Assembly (NCBI RefSeq): GCF_009914755.1
Contig: NC_060931.1
Strand: one strand, 5' to 3'
DNA from: the human T2T-CHM13v2.0 reference genome, Homo sapiens
Length of the DNA: 64,000 bases
The notes under the pieces were generated by a model. That model did no database searches. It was not told where the DNA came from and worked only from the letters and a program-made list of their open reading frames with translations. A program made the translations under genes and the position numbers. Within the stretch, counting starts at the first letter, position 1, and the number at the start of each line of letters is the position of its first letter. Positions 41,660 to 59,289 of this stretch are shown one piece after another.

Positions 41660-43186
41660 CCAAGTTAGCTTTTTAAGGGAGAGAGTGTTAGGGGCTTCAG
41701 CATACCTGGGAGGGCAGGGACATGGCGTATATGCCACCGAGCCAGGGGCACACCAGGCAGGAGATATGTCCACCCAGAAATGCAGAAACCCCACCTGATC
41801 CCCCGCTGGGCTCCCCACTTGCAATGCCAGAGCTGGGATGGGAAAACCCCTTCCACAGCTGCTGGAGGAGAGCTCCAGGTGTCCACCTGTGGCTGCCACG
41901 AGATCTAATTTCCCTGTGTGGGCTGCCCCCTTTCACACTGACTTCTGCCTGGAGGCCCTGGTCACATGTGGAATGGTAGCTGCAAATCATCTGGGAAGTG
42001 ACCTTGGCCTTCCTATACAGATTGTACGAGAACCACAGGCATGTGCCTGGGCCGGGAGTTGAGCTTGCTACATGCAACAACTTCCACAGTATGACTCCCA
42101 AGTCTTTCCTCTTTCTGCCTCCTGTACTTCCCCTCATTCCCACCCACTGCCCTCGCTGTCCTCTCCCACATCTGCACATCATCGCACACCTACCTGCCTT
42201 CCGCTGCAGGCACGCGGGCCTCCCTGCTGCAGCCCACAACCCCTCGGAAGGGCAGTCTCATGCCCACACAGTTTTTTCTCTTGTGAGGAGAAACTCCCTG
42301 GAATTCTGTTGGGTATAAATTTCCATCTCATTATATTTCTATGCTTATTAAAAGTATTTGGTTGTGGCCTGCAACAGGCACTTCTGTTGTCAACCTGTGG
42401 TTATGAATGTGTCAGGAAGATACTCCCTCCACCTGCCCTCCTGGGTAGATGCTCTTCTGTGGAGTAAATGGCTATCCTCTTGGGTAGATGGTGCCCTCTT
42501 GGGTAGATGGTGCCCTCTTGGTGGGTTGCCCATGGTGCTGCCTCTTGTAGAAAGAAATTGAAATTCCAGTTCTCTTTAATTTGCCTCTGACCCCAGCTCT
42601 TTCTCCACCTTCCTTTGCCAGTACTCTGGTTCTACTTTATGCTACTTTATTTCCTGTGTTTATTTAAAAGACCTGCACACTGTCTTCAGCACAGTTAAAA
42701 GCAAATTGAGTTCCTCCCAGGAAGCAGCAGAGGCACAAAAGAGGCTGAACCAAAGGATAGTCAGAATAATATGGAAAGAGACAGAAGAACTGAAGGAAAA
42801 AGAAAAACGATTGTGTGGGAAGGAAGTAGCAGGGCCCTCCTGTCCCCTTTGTCATGAGATACATGGAGATATAAACTCTAGTTCCAAATTTAGTTAAAGT
42901 ATATTCTTTGTAGGATCAAATTTTAAAATAATTTTAGAAATCAAAATGCTATCCAGTGACTAAGAACCAGGAGCAGAAACAGCCCAGGCCAACTGAAGAC
43001 AAAGGCTCCATTTTGCTATTAGATTGAAATATGAGATGTATCCAAGGATTAAAGCAGTGAAAAACCAAAAAGAAATAATTTAAACTGCTCTTGTTGCAGT
43101 AGCTCTATAACCTCTCCTTCAGGGTGAGTAATGATTGCTGTCAATCAAGTAAGAAAATATTCCCATTTCATGACTCCAATTATCTA

Positions 43187-44069
<883 letters not shown>

Positions 44070-44072
44070 CTA

Positions 44073-44245
44073 TCAGTTTGTGATCTTTCTGTCTTTTTGA
44101 TGTAGGCGTTTAGTGGTATACACTTTCCTCTTAGCACTGCTTTTGCTTTACCCCAGAGATTTTTGATAACTTGTCACTATTATCATTCATCTCGAAAAAT
44201 TTAAAAATTTCCTTCTTGATTTTATTGTTGACCCCAGAATCATTC
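44073..44245 (-). mobile_element. Old L1 (L1PB-like) ORF2 fragment, antisense
   Basis: The reverse complement is a degraded version of the ORF2 segment NDFWVNN…AKAVLRGK…AYIKK. Confidence 0.7.
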
Positions 44246-44251
44246 CCACTA

Positions 44252-46610
<2,359 letters not shown>

Positions 46611-46724
46611 AAAATATACAATTGGCCAATAAACAAACATATGAAAACATGTTCAACATCACCAGTCATTGGGGATATTAAAGCCACAATGGGATGCCAC
46701 GTTACCCAGCCATAATGGCTACTA

Positions 46725-47015
46725 TTATTATTTGTTCAGTCAGGATCTCGTTCTGTCGCCTAGGCTTGAGTGTTGGTGCAAATATGTCTCATTGCAGCCT
46801 CGACCTCCTGGGCCCAAGTGATACTCCCACTTCAGCCTCCCAAGTAGCTGGGATCACAGATATGTGCCACCACACCCAGCTAAGTTTTACATTTTTTTGC
46901 AGGGACAGGGTCTTGCCATGTTGCCCAGGCTGGTCTTGAACTCCTAGGCTCAAGTGATCCTCCTGCCTCGGCCTCCCAAAGTGCTGGGATTACAGATATG
47001 AGCCACAGTGCCCAG
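46725..47015 (-). mobile_element. AluJ
   Basis: Antisense J-type Alu. Confidence 0.88.
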
Positions 47016-47847
47016 CAACAGTAGTTTCAATACATAAGGTTTTGTTTTTTTCTCTGGGTGGGCTATCCAGGGATGCTCAGAGCTTCCATGAACCCCAGGG
47101 TCCTCTGCTCCTTGCGGTGTCCTGGCCTGCCAACCCTAGATTGTAGTCCTGGTCCTCATAGCCCTAAATGACAGCTGGAACTCCAGCTGACATGCCTGCT
47201 GGAGGTCAGCAGGAAGAAGGAAGTGTCAAAAGGGGTGTGCCTCCTCCCCTTTAGGGTACTTCACAGAGTTACTCTTGCTAGAGTTGGGTCACATGGCACC
47301 AACTCGCTGCTGGGCATGGTGGTAAATGTAGTCACTGAGCTGGTGGCAATGGCACAGGTAAGAATCAGTGTTTGTCATGAAAGAAGACGGGAGTGGACAT
47401 GGGGTGGTAATGAACAGCCTCCACCACAGCTGAACTGGACAGAAGGCTCCATCTTTACAGATTGCTTTCTTTAAAGTGCAAGAGGGCTGGGCCTCCCCTC
47501 TGAGGCCCTGGGCCCAGCACCTCTGCCTGTGTGTCACATGTATCTCATGAAGCTCCATTTTCTGGAACAGCCTGGGTGGCTGAAGGGACATGTCCCTCTG
47601 CCTTTCTGATGGGTTTCTGAGTTTCTTCCATTTGATCTTAAGGAAACTAAGTGCTTTCCTGGATAATGCTCATTGCTGGCTTTTAATGCCCTATGAACAT
47701 AGCCAATTCTGTCTCCTCCGGCCCTTTGAGAGTCGAGCAAGGGGGTGAAATAACTGGAAGAAGCCTTCATTGTAACCTCACAGTACAATCTCCTTCCTCA
47801 TCACCCTTCCTATGGCGACTGTTTCAAACAAAACAGAATGAAGCAAC

Positions 47848-48310
47848 TGTATCAGTTCCTAGAGTGGCTGTAATAAACTGCCACAAACTGGGGGGCTTAA
47901 CACATTAGAAATTTCTTCTCTCAAGTCCTGGAGGCAGAAGTCTGAGGTCCAGGTGTGGGCAGGGCTGTACCTTCCCGGCCTCTGGCGCTGTACCTTCCCG
48001 GCCTCTGGGGCTGTGGCCGTCCTTGGCACTCTGTGGTTGCGGCTGTGCAGCTACCATCTCTGCCTCCGTTGCCCCACGGCCGTCTTGCCTCTGTGTGCCC
48101 ATCTTCACGGGGCCTTCTCTCTGTGTCTCTTCTCTTCTTATCAGGACACAGGCATATTGGATTAAAGGCCCACCCTACTCCAGTATGACCCTCATCTTAT
48201 ATCTTAATTACATCGCAAAGACCCTATTTCCAAATAACATCACATTTTCAGGTACTGGGGTTTAGGACTTCATCATATCTTTCTTGGGGGAACACAGTTC
48301 AACCCGCCAC
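47848..48310 (-). mobile_element. MLT1 (ERVL-MaLR) solo LTR
   Basis: tgtatcagttcctagagtggctgtaataaactgccacaaactggggggc…cagttcaaccc; similar to 33736-34170. Confidence 0.8.
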
Positions 48311-48453
48311 AGCACAAGTGCACGCCCGAGGCTGGTGTGGAGCCACCCCTCACTGGCGGGGCTGCTGGCTGATGGATGGCACCTGTTGGGATCCGTGGGG
48401 TCTGTGCTGCACTGGGGTCTAAGTAGTTCAGTATCATCTGTGCATGTGCTTGA

Positions 48454-48756
<303 letters not shown>

Positions 48757-48894
48757 TGATCTTTTGCCAAACTGCGCTTGATCTTTTAACTCTTCTACTG
48801 GTACTGGTAGCATAGGATCTTAAAGGGTGGGGAGGAGAAGAAAGAAAAAGACCTAAGTCTTCCCGAGGCTCTTGGTTACGCATCTGGGAAGAAG

Positions 48895-49092
48895 CACTGG
48901 CCCTCAGCATGGTCGTCTCTGAGACTGGATCCTTGCGGCTCTGAGCGTGCTGTGTGGAGCCGATGCATTGATATCTCCTGGGAACTTGCTAGAAATGAGG
49001 GCTCTGAGGCCCCACCAGTCCTACTGAACCCAGCTCCTCATGTTACAGGCTGCAGGGTGACTTGTGTACACGTTAAGTTTGAGAAACACTGG
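48895..49092. mobile_element. MER5A-like hAT element
   Basis: atctcctgggaacttgctagaaatg…ggccccaccagtcctactgaa…aagtttgagaaacactg. Confidence 0.65.
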
Positions 49093-49873
49093 ACTGGTCC
49101 CTGTTAAATCCAGAAGGGCTGTTGGTCTAATGGCTGAGGGCCTCTCACTGGGAAGAGACAGGAAGAAGGCTGGCAGGGTAGGTGGTGAGGGACAGAGCCG
49201 TGTGTGTCCTGGGGCTGACTGCAGGGGTCATTGGAAGAGCTGCAGCGAGAGGCTGAGGTTGCCATGCATCACAGAGTCCCTTCCCAGCATGGAGGAGCCG
49301 GGCAGAGGGGTGCGCATGGGCAGGGGGTGTGCCAGGAGAGGCAGGGGTGCAGGAGAGGCACCCGCAGGGTGCTGGGCACTCCATGGTGGTCTCTACCCGC
49401 TCCCCCACTCACCAATTGATACCTCGTAAAATTTACTACCTACTGTGACTGGATTTTTTGATAGATGAAGGTTTTAAATTTTACAGTTACTCACTTATGC
49501 AAATGTCCATTGGAGACAATGAGCTCCTTGAAGTAGTGAAGTGACAAATGATGAACCAGGGGAGCAGGAGGCAGAAGGTGCCTGAGGGCAGAGGCTGGGG
49601 AACGGGGAGGCTGACACCAGGGGCACATGGTGGCCCCCATCTAGTTACTTTTGATTCTTCACAATGTAGAAGCTGTGGCTTGGGAGGCTAGAGGCTGACT
49701 CCTGCACCTGCCTGTGCACCTGGAGCTTGAGGGAATCCCAGCCCTCACTGCTTCCTGTGACAGAGCAGAGTGTGTGTTCTGAAGGTCAGAACTGGAGGTC
49801 AAGCCCAGGGTGAGCCCCTCTGCCTCTGTAACCGGAGGCAGGATCCTCCGTTTTCCTGTTGATAAAATGAGAC

Positions 49874-50241
49874 TGTCAGGCCTCTGAACCCAAGCCTGCA
49901 CATATACATCCAGATGGCCTGAAGCAAGTAAAGAATCACAAAAGAAGTGAAAATGGCCGGTTCCTGCCCTAACTGATGACATTACCTTGTGAAATTCCTT
50001 CTCCTGGCTCAGAAGCTCCCCCACTGAGCACCTTGTGACCCCCGTCCCTGCCCACCAGAGAACAACCCCCTTTGACTGTAATTTTCCACTACCTACCCAA
50101 ATCCTATAAAACAGCCCCACCTGTATCTCCCTTCGCTGACTCTCTTTTAGGACTCAGCCCGCCTGCACCCAGGTGAAATAAACAGCCTTGTTGCTCACAC
50201 AAAGCCTGTTTGGTGGTCTCTTCACACGGACACGTGTGACA
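49874..50241 (+). mobile_element. Solo LTR7-family LTR (HERV-H)
   Basis: TGTCAGGCCTCTGA…ACACGTGTGACA, TG…CA ends, 5 bp TSD GAGAC (49869-49873 and 50242-50246), TATAAA 50105, AATAAA 50177; inserted into a MIR. Confidence 0.93.
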
Positions 50242-51486
50242 GAGACATCGACTGCACAGGGGTATTGGGACCACCCAAGAGGATAATAATACGGAGAAGT
50301 GCTTTGTCAGGTATCTGCCAAATGACTATTGTTATGACGATTTTTAGAGTGTGGCAGATGCCCGTCTAAAGGGGCATCATTTTTGGAGCATTTGTTGACC
50401 AAAATAGTGGGATAGAAGACACAGCCGCTATTCTAAAAATGTGCATTTCTGATGCAGGGAGAAGTTATCGTCACGACGTGCTAAACAACACAACATACCA
50501 ATGTCAAACGAGGCTATGGGGAGGGGCTCCAGGGCCAAAACCATGTGAGGCCATGTGGTCTCCATGATTGGACAAAGTCTTATGGAGGGTGTGAGACTTA
50601 ACTGGGGCTCTCCCAGGTTGGAGAGAGAAAGGTGAGCAAACAGAGACGTTCACTGGTTCCCAACTGTTAGCCAGGGCAGAAAATCTGCGGCTATCTGCAG
50701 GGTGCACTAATTATACAGATTTGATGGAAGGCTGTATTCGGGGGTTTACTAGAGAGACTGAGTGCATAAATTTGATCAAGAAGATTAGAAAATGACCGAG
50801 GAAGTGGATAATCGGTTTTTACAATGGTGCGCTTGGAAATTCTAATTAGTAGTAGCAATTGGATTCTGCAATTTTTTCTTTGGTGAGTCCCAACAAAACC
50901 AATTAACTTGTGTTGCATCCATACATTACCACGCACACGACCATAAGCAAGGGAAGGCGTGCTGAGTCTAACTGCTGCCTTTTGGCTTTTAACAGAAAAT
51001 CAATTCATTTTGGCACATTAAACCATTAGTGCCCATTGGATATGAATTTCCCCTTTTTCTTTAAATTTCTCTCCCGCTTCCCCTTTTTCTGTTATGGGGG
51101 AGGAAACTGTTGACTTTGAAGGCTGTGAATGGGAGGCTTCCCAGGAAATCGGGATAAACTCATGCACACTGATGTGTCTTTGGGCTTCAAGGAACTTTCT
51201 GATTGAATTCTCAAAGTCCTCAAGGCTTCTAAATTCTACAATCAAGCATCAGCTTTATGAATTCCATATTCCGTGAAGAGGTGGTGTCATTGAGAACCTG
51301 TTGGATGGATGTCATCAGCACTGTCTGAAGGGTTCCTCAGAGGTACAGCAGATTAGATGAGGAGGCACTTCTACACTAGGGATGGAAAATTAATGGTACC
51401 TGTGATGGTTAATGTTAGGTGTCAACCTGGCCAGGCTAGGCTAGGCTGTGCAGGTGTGTGGTCAAATGTTACTCCAGATGTCGTGA

Positions 51487-51705
51487 ATATATATATATAT
51501 TTATATATTTGGTTTATACTTATATAATATATATTATCATATATAGATATATAATACATATATTATAAATATATATAATATAGATATATAATACATATAT
51601 TATAAATATATATAATATAGATATATAATACATATATTATAAATATATATTTATATAAATATATTTATGTATTTGGTTTATATATAAACCAAAATATATA
51701 TATAT
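51487..51705. repeat. AT-rich (TA)n / ~37 bp tandem repeat
   Basis: tagatatataatacatatattataaatatatataa repeated ~3 times; likely grown from an Alu tail. Confidence 0.85.
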
Positions 51706-51708
51706 TTG

Positions 51709-52008
51709 TTTTTTTTTTTTTTTTGAGACAGGGTCTCACTCGGTTACCCAGACTGGAGTGCGCTACACAATTATGGCTCACTGCAGCCTTGACCTCCCAG
51801 GCTCGAGTGATCTTACCTCAGCCTCCTGAGTGGCTGGGACCACATTCATGTGCCACCATGCCCAACACATTTTTTGATTTTTTATTTTTTGTAGAGATGG
51901 GGTCTTACTGTGTTGCCCAGGCTGTTCTTGAACTCCTTGGCTCAAGTGATCCTCCCGTCTTGGCCTCCTAAAATTCTAGGATTACAGGCATGAGCCACCA
52001 TGCCTGGC
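51709..52008 (-). mobile_element. AluJ
   Basis: Antisense J-type Alu inside MLT2. Confidence 0.88.
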
Positions 52009-52269
52009 TGTGAACATATTTTGTAGATATGATTAATGTTTACACTCAGTTGACTTTAAGTAAAGGAAATTACCCTCCCGTATATGGGTGGGCCTCACCC
52101 AATCAGCTGAAGGCCATAAGAGCCAAAACTGAGGGCTCCTGGGGAAGAAGGGATCCTGTCTGAAGATTAACATCGAAGTCCTGCCTGAGTTTCCAGCCTG
52201 CTGGGCTGCCCTACAGATTTTGGACTCGATGCTGAAACATCAGTCATCATCAGTTCTTTTTTTCAACAC

Positions 52270-52532
52270 TTTTTTGAGACAGGGTCTTACACCACCATCC
52301 GGGCTGGAGTGCAGTGGCCTGATCTCAGCTCAAGTGATCCTCCTGCTTCAGCCTCCCGAGTAGCTAGGATTATATAGGTGCAAGCTATCACACCCAGCTA
52401 ATTGTAAGTTTTTTGTAGAGACAAGGTCTTGTATGTTGACCTGGCTGGTCTCGAACTCCCGGCCTCAAGCAATCCTCCCACCTCAGCCTTGCAAAGTGCT
52501 GAGATTACGGGCATGAGCCACCGTGCCTGGCC
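52270..52532 (-). mobile_element. AluJ with internal deletion
   Basis: Antisense Alu inside MLT2. Confidence 0.85.
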
Positions 52533-53527
52533 CATCAGCTCTTACCTGAGTTTCCAGTCTGCTGTCCAGTCCTGCCAGCCCCCGCAATGCCGTGAGTCAA
52601 TTCCTTAGCATCTCTCCCTCTCCATCTATGTCTAAATCTGTGTGTATATTTTTTTTTTTCTCTCTGTCTCCTATTGGTTCCATTTCTCAAGAGAACCCTG
52701 ACTGGCACACTGCCCGCACCACCAACTGCTCTCTCGGGCCCAGGGTGGCGATGGGTTGTAGCCGCTGCCGATGCTCTTTCCTTCTGGTGCCAGATGCAGC
52801 TTCAGTATCATCTGCAAGTTGGGGGGACCGTGATGATTGGAGTCAGCACTTGAGAGGAAACGTGCTTGCTGTTCCAATTCTAGTGGATATTCTTCGTGGA
52901 TGTTGACTAATAAAACAAATGGACATTCTCATGTTAGGTACCGTCTAATTAATTTTTCAACAAATATTTGTGGGCTTCTGATGCCCAAGTGCTGTGTTTA
53001 GTGTTACGGTGGATATCAGGAGGGATGAGACACAGAGCAGCAGAGATCTGGGCGGAGCATTTCTTTCCACACCCTCAGTGGGAGCTCCTGGAGGCCAGGG
53101 TGCGGTAAGCGGGCCGAGGCGGGGTGGAGTCCGACTAGTTTCCCACGACCTCGCCATCATGACAGCTTTCCAGGAACTGTAGAGAGAGAGAGGCAAGGAC
53201 GGCACCCCTTGCAGGGAGGTCGGAAGCTGGGAGTGGACCTGCAGCCACCTGTGAACTCGATCCCAGAGCAGCCTGGGGTTCTTTGAAAGAGAGGGTGTGC
53301 CCGCCTGCCCTTTTTCAATTCTGGTGTTCACAGAGTGACCTCTAAAATCTCAATGTTCACTCTTTGAGAGATGGATCTACTAAAAGCCCAGATTCCACTA
53401 CTATGCAATATAGACAAGCAAGAAGCTTGCACTCCTACCTCCTAAATATATAAAAATAAATAGCTAAAAAATAAAAGTCAAGTAGATATTACAGTGACAG
53501 TGGTTATGGGATGGATGAAAGAATCAA

Positions 53528-53836
<309 letters not shown>

Positions 53837-53873
53837 TAACCAGAAAGAGAGAGCAAAGGAAGGACTTTGAAAT

Positions 53874-53875
<2 letters not shown>

Positions 53876-53905
<30 letters not shown>
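53876..53905. repeat. (GT)15 microsatellite
   Basis: Direct reading. Confidence 0.95.
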
Positions 53906-53906
<1 letters not shown>

Positions 53907-54599
53907 AGTGTGTGCGTGCACACGGGTGGCACTGGTGGTTGTGGGGTAAGATTGATAGAACAGATGATGTCATTAATAAGTGTGGAGGAGCTTTTAAATT
54001 AACGGCAGCCCAAGGTTGGAGATTAATTTTTTAAATGTTTCTTAACCAGAAAAATGAAGCAAATGAATTCCGACAATTAGGAAGTAATGAAGACCTTTCG
54101 AGAATCGCTTATTAAAGACAGGAGATCAGGGAATTCCTAGTGCAGGTGAAGCCAGTGTCAATCAGCAGGCTCAGATGCCAGCGCCTTCGGGCACTGGGGG
54201 AATTGGCTTGCTCACTTTTGAACCCAAGTAGTCATCGTTGAAATATCTTGGAGAATGTGCCAAGAAAGGCAACGTAGGATCTGCAGCCCTTGCCACCGAG
54301 GGTGCCCCGCTGGGCCGGGGCCCTACTCTGTCCATCCAGCCCTCCATCCCGCCCCACCCCATGCTGCGTCAAAGGGCTGGCGGTCCTGCGTTGGGTCTGC
54401 ATTGCTCTGATGCTCCTGGGACACGCCTGACCTTGTGACGGTGGCTGCTGACTGCTGGGAAGTATGAGCAGGGCCACTGCAGGCCTGGAAGGAAGTGAAG
54501 GACCGAGGGGCCTGGAAACAAAGGAGGACCTGGCACTGGAGAAGTGGACAATGGTCTTGGATGTCTGACACCTCATACGTCAGGAGCTTTTTTGATTGC

Positions 54600-55324
<725 letters not shown>

Positions 55325-55429
55325 TGATTGTAAGGTGCTCCAGAGTTGACAACCACTGAGTTAGGGAAATTGCATTATGAAGGTTGTGTCTTCATGCATT
55401 ATGAAGGTTGAGCTGCTGAATGCTGTAAA

Positions 55430-55740
55430 CCGGGCAGATCTGGACCGTGGCATTTGGAAACCAGATCTCTTCCTGGCTTGCACAAGGCTGTCTTCTCATT
55501 ATGTCCTCACATGGCCTTTCCTCGGTGGGTGCACTCAGGGCCTGGTGGGAGGGTGGGAGGGAGAAGGACCTCTTGTGTTTCTGTTTTTATAAGGACACTC
55601 ATCTCTTCAGGGAGTCCCCACCCTTGTAACCTCATCTAACTCTGATCACCTCCCAAAGACCCCACCTCCAAATACCATCGTACTGGGGATGAGGGCTTGA
55701 AGATGTGAATTTTGAGGGAGACACAAGCATACAGACTGCA
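55430..55740 (-). mobile_element. MLT1A-like MaLR LTR fragment
   Basis: ttttataaggacact…cacctcccaaagaccccacctccaaatacca…gaattttgagggagacacaagcat. Confidence 0.75.
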
Positions 55741-55910
55741 GCAGGTGGATTCTCAGCAGTTCATTACCCCTGCGACAGAAGTACAATTCCTCAAGACGGC
55801 AGAGACCAGGGCTTGCATCTCTGCATCCTTGCTGTGTGCCAGGCACCAAGCTGGCTGCTTCGTGGAGGTTTGGTCATATAATCTACAGATCCACCTGTGG
55901 ACTTAGTATT

Positions 55911-56306
<396 letters not shown>

Positions 56307-56336
56307 TAAATGGGTGGGGTCTGTGCGAACTCAGGG

Positions 56337-56840
56337 CCACAGCGTCCCCACTGGGCGTCCCCACAGCGCCCACACAGTGCTTTCCCACATGGCATCCCCA
56401 CAGCGCCCCCAGAGCACATCCCCACAGCAGCCCCAGCGCGTCCCCACAGCGTGCCCACTGGGCGTCCCCACAGCATCCCCATCGGGTGTCCCCACAGCCC
56501 ATCCCCACATTATCCCCACAGTGCCCCCACAGCCTGTCCCCACAGCGTCCTCACAGTGCATCCCCACGGTGTCCCTACGGGCGACCACACAGCGTACCCA
56601 CAGCCTGTCCCCACAGCACATCCCCACAGTTTGTCCCACAGCGCCTCCACAGGGCGTCCCCACAGCGTGTCCCCACAGTGTCCCCATAGCACGTCCCCAC
56701 AGCACACCCCCACAGCATCCCCACAGTGTCCCCACAGCACGTCCCCACAGCTTGCCTCCACAGTGCATCCCCACAGCATCCCCACAGCACGTCCCCACAG
56801 TGTCCCCACAGCATGTCCCCATAGCACCCCCACAGTGCAC
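56337..56840. repeat. Degenerate C-rich minisatellite, 11-13 bp units with core TCCCCACAG
   Basis: Dozens of (T/C)CCCCACAG cores separated by C/CG/CA/TG spacers. Confidence 0.93.
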
Positions 56841-56861
56841 TGAGGCATGCAAAGGCACCTC

Positions 56862-57253
56862 TGTGGGCTGAATGGTGCCTCCCAGATCCATGTGTTGCAT
56901 CCTCATCCCCAGGACCTCAGAATGTGACTGCTTTTGGAAATAGGGTCTTTCAAGAGTAATGAAGGGTAATGAAGTTAAAGTGAGGTCATCAGGGTGGGCC
57001 CTAACCTGGTGGGACTGGTGTTCCTATGACCAGGGGAGATTGGGACACAGACATGCAGCACAGACGACCACATGAAGACACAGGGAGAAGACGGCCATCT
57101 ACAAGCCAAGAAGAGAGGCCCCGGGGAGAAACCCACCCTGCCGACACCTTGATTTCTGACTTCCAGCCTCCAGAACTGCGAGGAAAGAAGCCGCTCTTGT
57201 TTCTGGCACCCTGTCTGTGGCTCTTTGTTACAACAGCACTAGCAAACGAGTAC
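56862..57253 (+). mobile_element. MLT1B-like MaLR solo LTR
   Basis: tgtgggctgaatggtg…gacctcagaatgtgac…cagcactagcaaacgagtaca. Confidence 0.8.
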
Positions 57254-57539
57254 AGTGTTCATATTTAAAATCTTCACAAATGCCGATGCCTGTCGAACCA
57301 AAACAAAATAGTCTGTTTGCCACCACAGCCCGGACCTGTGAAGTTTCAAATGATAGAAGTCACTTAGTAAAAGCTGCCTGCAGACTTTCCCCCCTGGCTG
57401 GACCAGGAATCTTGGGGTGGAGGTTTTTGGATGTTGACCAAGCCAGCTTGGAAAAGGGGAATAACATGAGAACTCTGCTTAAACTTGGAAAGATTATCTT
57501 CCCCTGGATGCTGTCTTGCATTGTTTTTAAATAATAATA

Positions 57540-57690
57540 ATGATACCGGCTGGTTTGAATGCTTACTGTGCTGGGTGTGGATCTACGTGCCTCACATGTA
57601 TCAGTGACTCTACTTCTCACAAACTCTGTGGATGCCCTGTTTTTACAGATGCGGAAAGTGAGGCATAGAGAGATATAAAAATAGTTAAAG
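57540..57690 (-). mobile_element. MIR
   Basis: tttttacagatgcggaaagtgaggcatagaga. Confidence 0.6.
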
Positions 57691-58290
57691 AAAGAAAGAA
57701 AGAAAGAAAAAGCTCGGCAAAACCAGCTCAACTAATGTGCCATATTTATATTATTCAATACATTGTCCAGGCAAAGATATAAGCTCCTCTCTGTGTAATG
57801 AGATGTTGTTCATAGTGGATTAAGGGATGGGCTTGCCAGGAAGCTGCCTAAGGCACTGATATACGTTGAGACCATACGTGAATAATCTGAAACACAGGGC
57901 CAGGTGCCTCTGGTCTCCCCATGTTTGTTTGTCCATGATGAACAAAGCAATAGCCTCACACATCTCAGAGACTACCTTTAAAATAATTCATCACCAGCAA
58001 CTCCAAATAGGGAAAAATGATATATTACATTCAGGGTACTTAATGCATGTTTTATTTGGAATACAAAGAGTTGTTACATGTTTATGAATAGAAAAGTAAT
58101 TTCTTCCTACCTGCACTGGTCAAATATGTAGACTGGCTCTGAAGGGGTGACTCGTTACTCTCTTGGGTACTCCTCCTGTTTCTCTCACTGTTTGCTACCC
58201 CTTTCCCACACTCCTGCCACATTCTAGTCCTCATGTAGAGCACCCTAAAGCCACTCCTGAGCCCAGAACACTGCCCGAGCCAGCCTGCAA

Positions 58291-58498
58291 ATAGAACTGC
58301 AGATAAAAGGACGCCCAGCAGAAACTTAGATTTCTGATGAACAACACGTCATTTTTTAGCATAAGCGTGTCCCATATGATATTTATAGCACAAATATTGC
58401 ATGGGACATACTTATACTAAGACATTATTCATTGTTTATCTGAAATTAAAAACGACGTGTGTGTCTTGTATTTTTCTTTGTTTAATCTGGCCACCATA
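58291..58498. mobile_element. MER53 palindromic DNA-transposon MITE
   Basis: cagataaaaggacgcccag…tagcataagcgtgtccca…tgggacatacttatacta…ttgtttatctgaaatt…aatctggccacc. Confidence 0.8.
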
Positions 58499-58555
58499 CT
58501 TGCAAAGGTAGACGACATTAATGGATTTAACCTAATTTTTTGGAGGAAAATGTGT

Positions 58556-58870
58556 GGCCGGGTGTGGTCGCTCACATCTGTAATCCTAGCACTTTGAGAG
58601 GGCGAGGCAGATGGATCACTTGAGTCCAGGTGTTTAAGACCAGGCTGGCAACCTAGAGAGACCACATTTCTACCAAAAAATACAAAAAATTAGCTGGGTA
58701 TGGTGGTGTGCACCTGTAGTTCCAGCTACTGGGAAGGCTGAGGTGGGAGGATTGCTTGAGCCCAGGACATTGAGGCTACAGTGAGCCAAGATGGTACCAT
58801 TGCACTCCAGCCTGGGTGACAGAGCCAAACCCTGTCTCAAAAAAAAAAAAAAAAAGAAAAAAAAGAAAAA
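58556..58870 (+). mobile_element. AluJ
   Basis: TSD gaaaatgtgt. Confidence 0.9.
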
Positions 58871-59009
58871 GAAAATGTGTGTGTTGTGGAATTGTATGAA
58901 TTACTGATTGGGTAGGTTAATCTTCAGTTTGCAGTTTAACGGTTTTATGAGTGATGATAAATATATGAACATGACTCCCCCTTACAGAACTCAACTCCTC
59001 CCTACATGG

Positions 59010-59266
59010 CCTCCCCGAGCGCCCTGCACCTCCCCGAGCGCCCTGCACTTCCCCAAGTGCCCTGGACCTCCCAGGGCACCCTGCACCTCCCCGAGCACCC
59101 TGAACCTCCCTGAACGCCCCGCACCTCACCTAGCACCCTGGACCTCCCCGAGCGCCCTGCATCTCCCCGAGCACTCTGCACCTCACCGAGCACCCTGCAC
59201 CTCACCGAGCATCCTGCATCTCACCTAGCGCCCTGCATCTCACCGAGCGCCCTGGATCTCACCGAG
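59010..59266. repeat. Minisatellite, 19 bp unit, ~13 copies
   Basis: CTC(C/A)CCGAGCGCCCTGCA(C/T). Confidence 0.93.
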
Positions 59267-59289
59267 AGCTCAGGGTTCCTCTCCCTTGT

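Larger units (their letters stand above)
51401..52710 (+). mobile_element. MLT2 (ERVL) LTR interrupted by two Alus and an AT-rich expansion
   Basis: tgtgatggttaatgttaggtgtcaac start; cctattggttccatttctcaagagaaccctgact end. Confidence 0.8.

Noticed and set aside
41697-42239. ORF with KDLGVIL, resembling a CR1/L2 RT motif
   Set aside because: Isolated 7-residue match with no flanking similarity; the region may be an old LTR but I cannot assign it.
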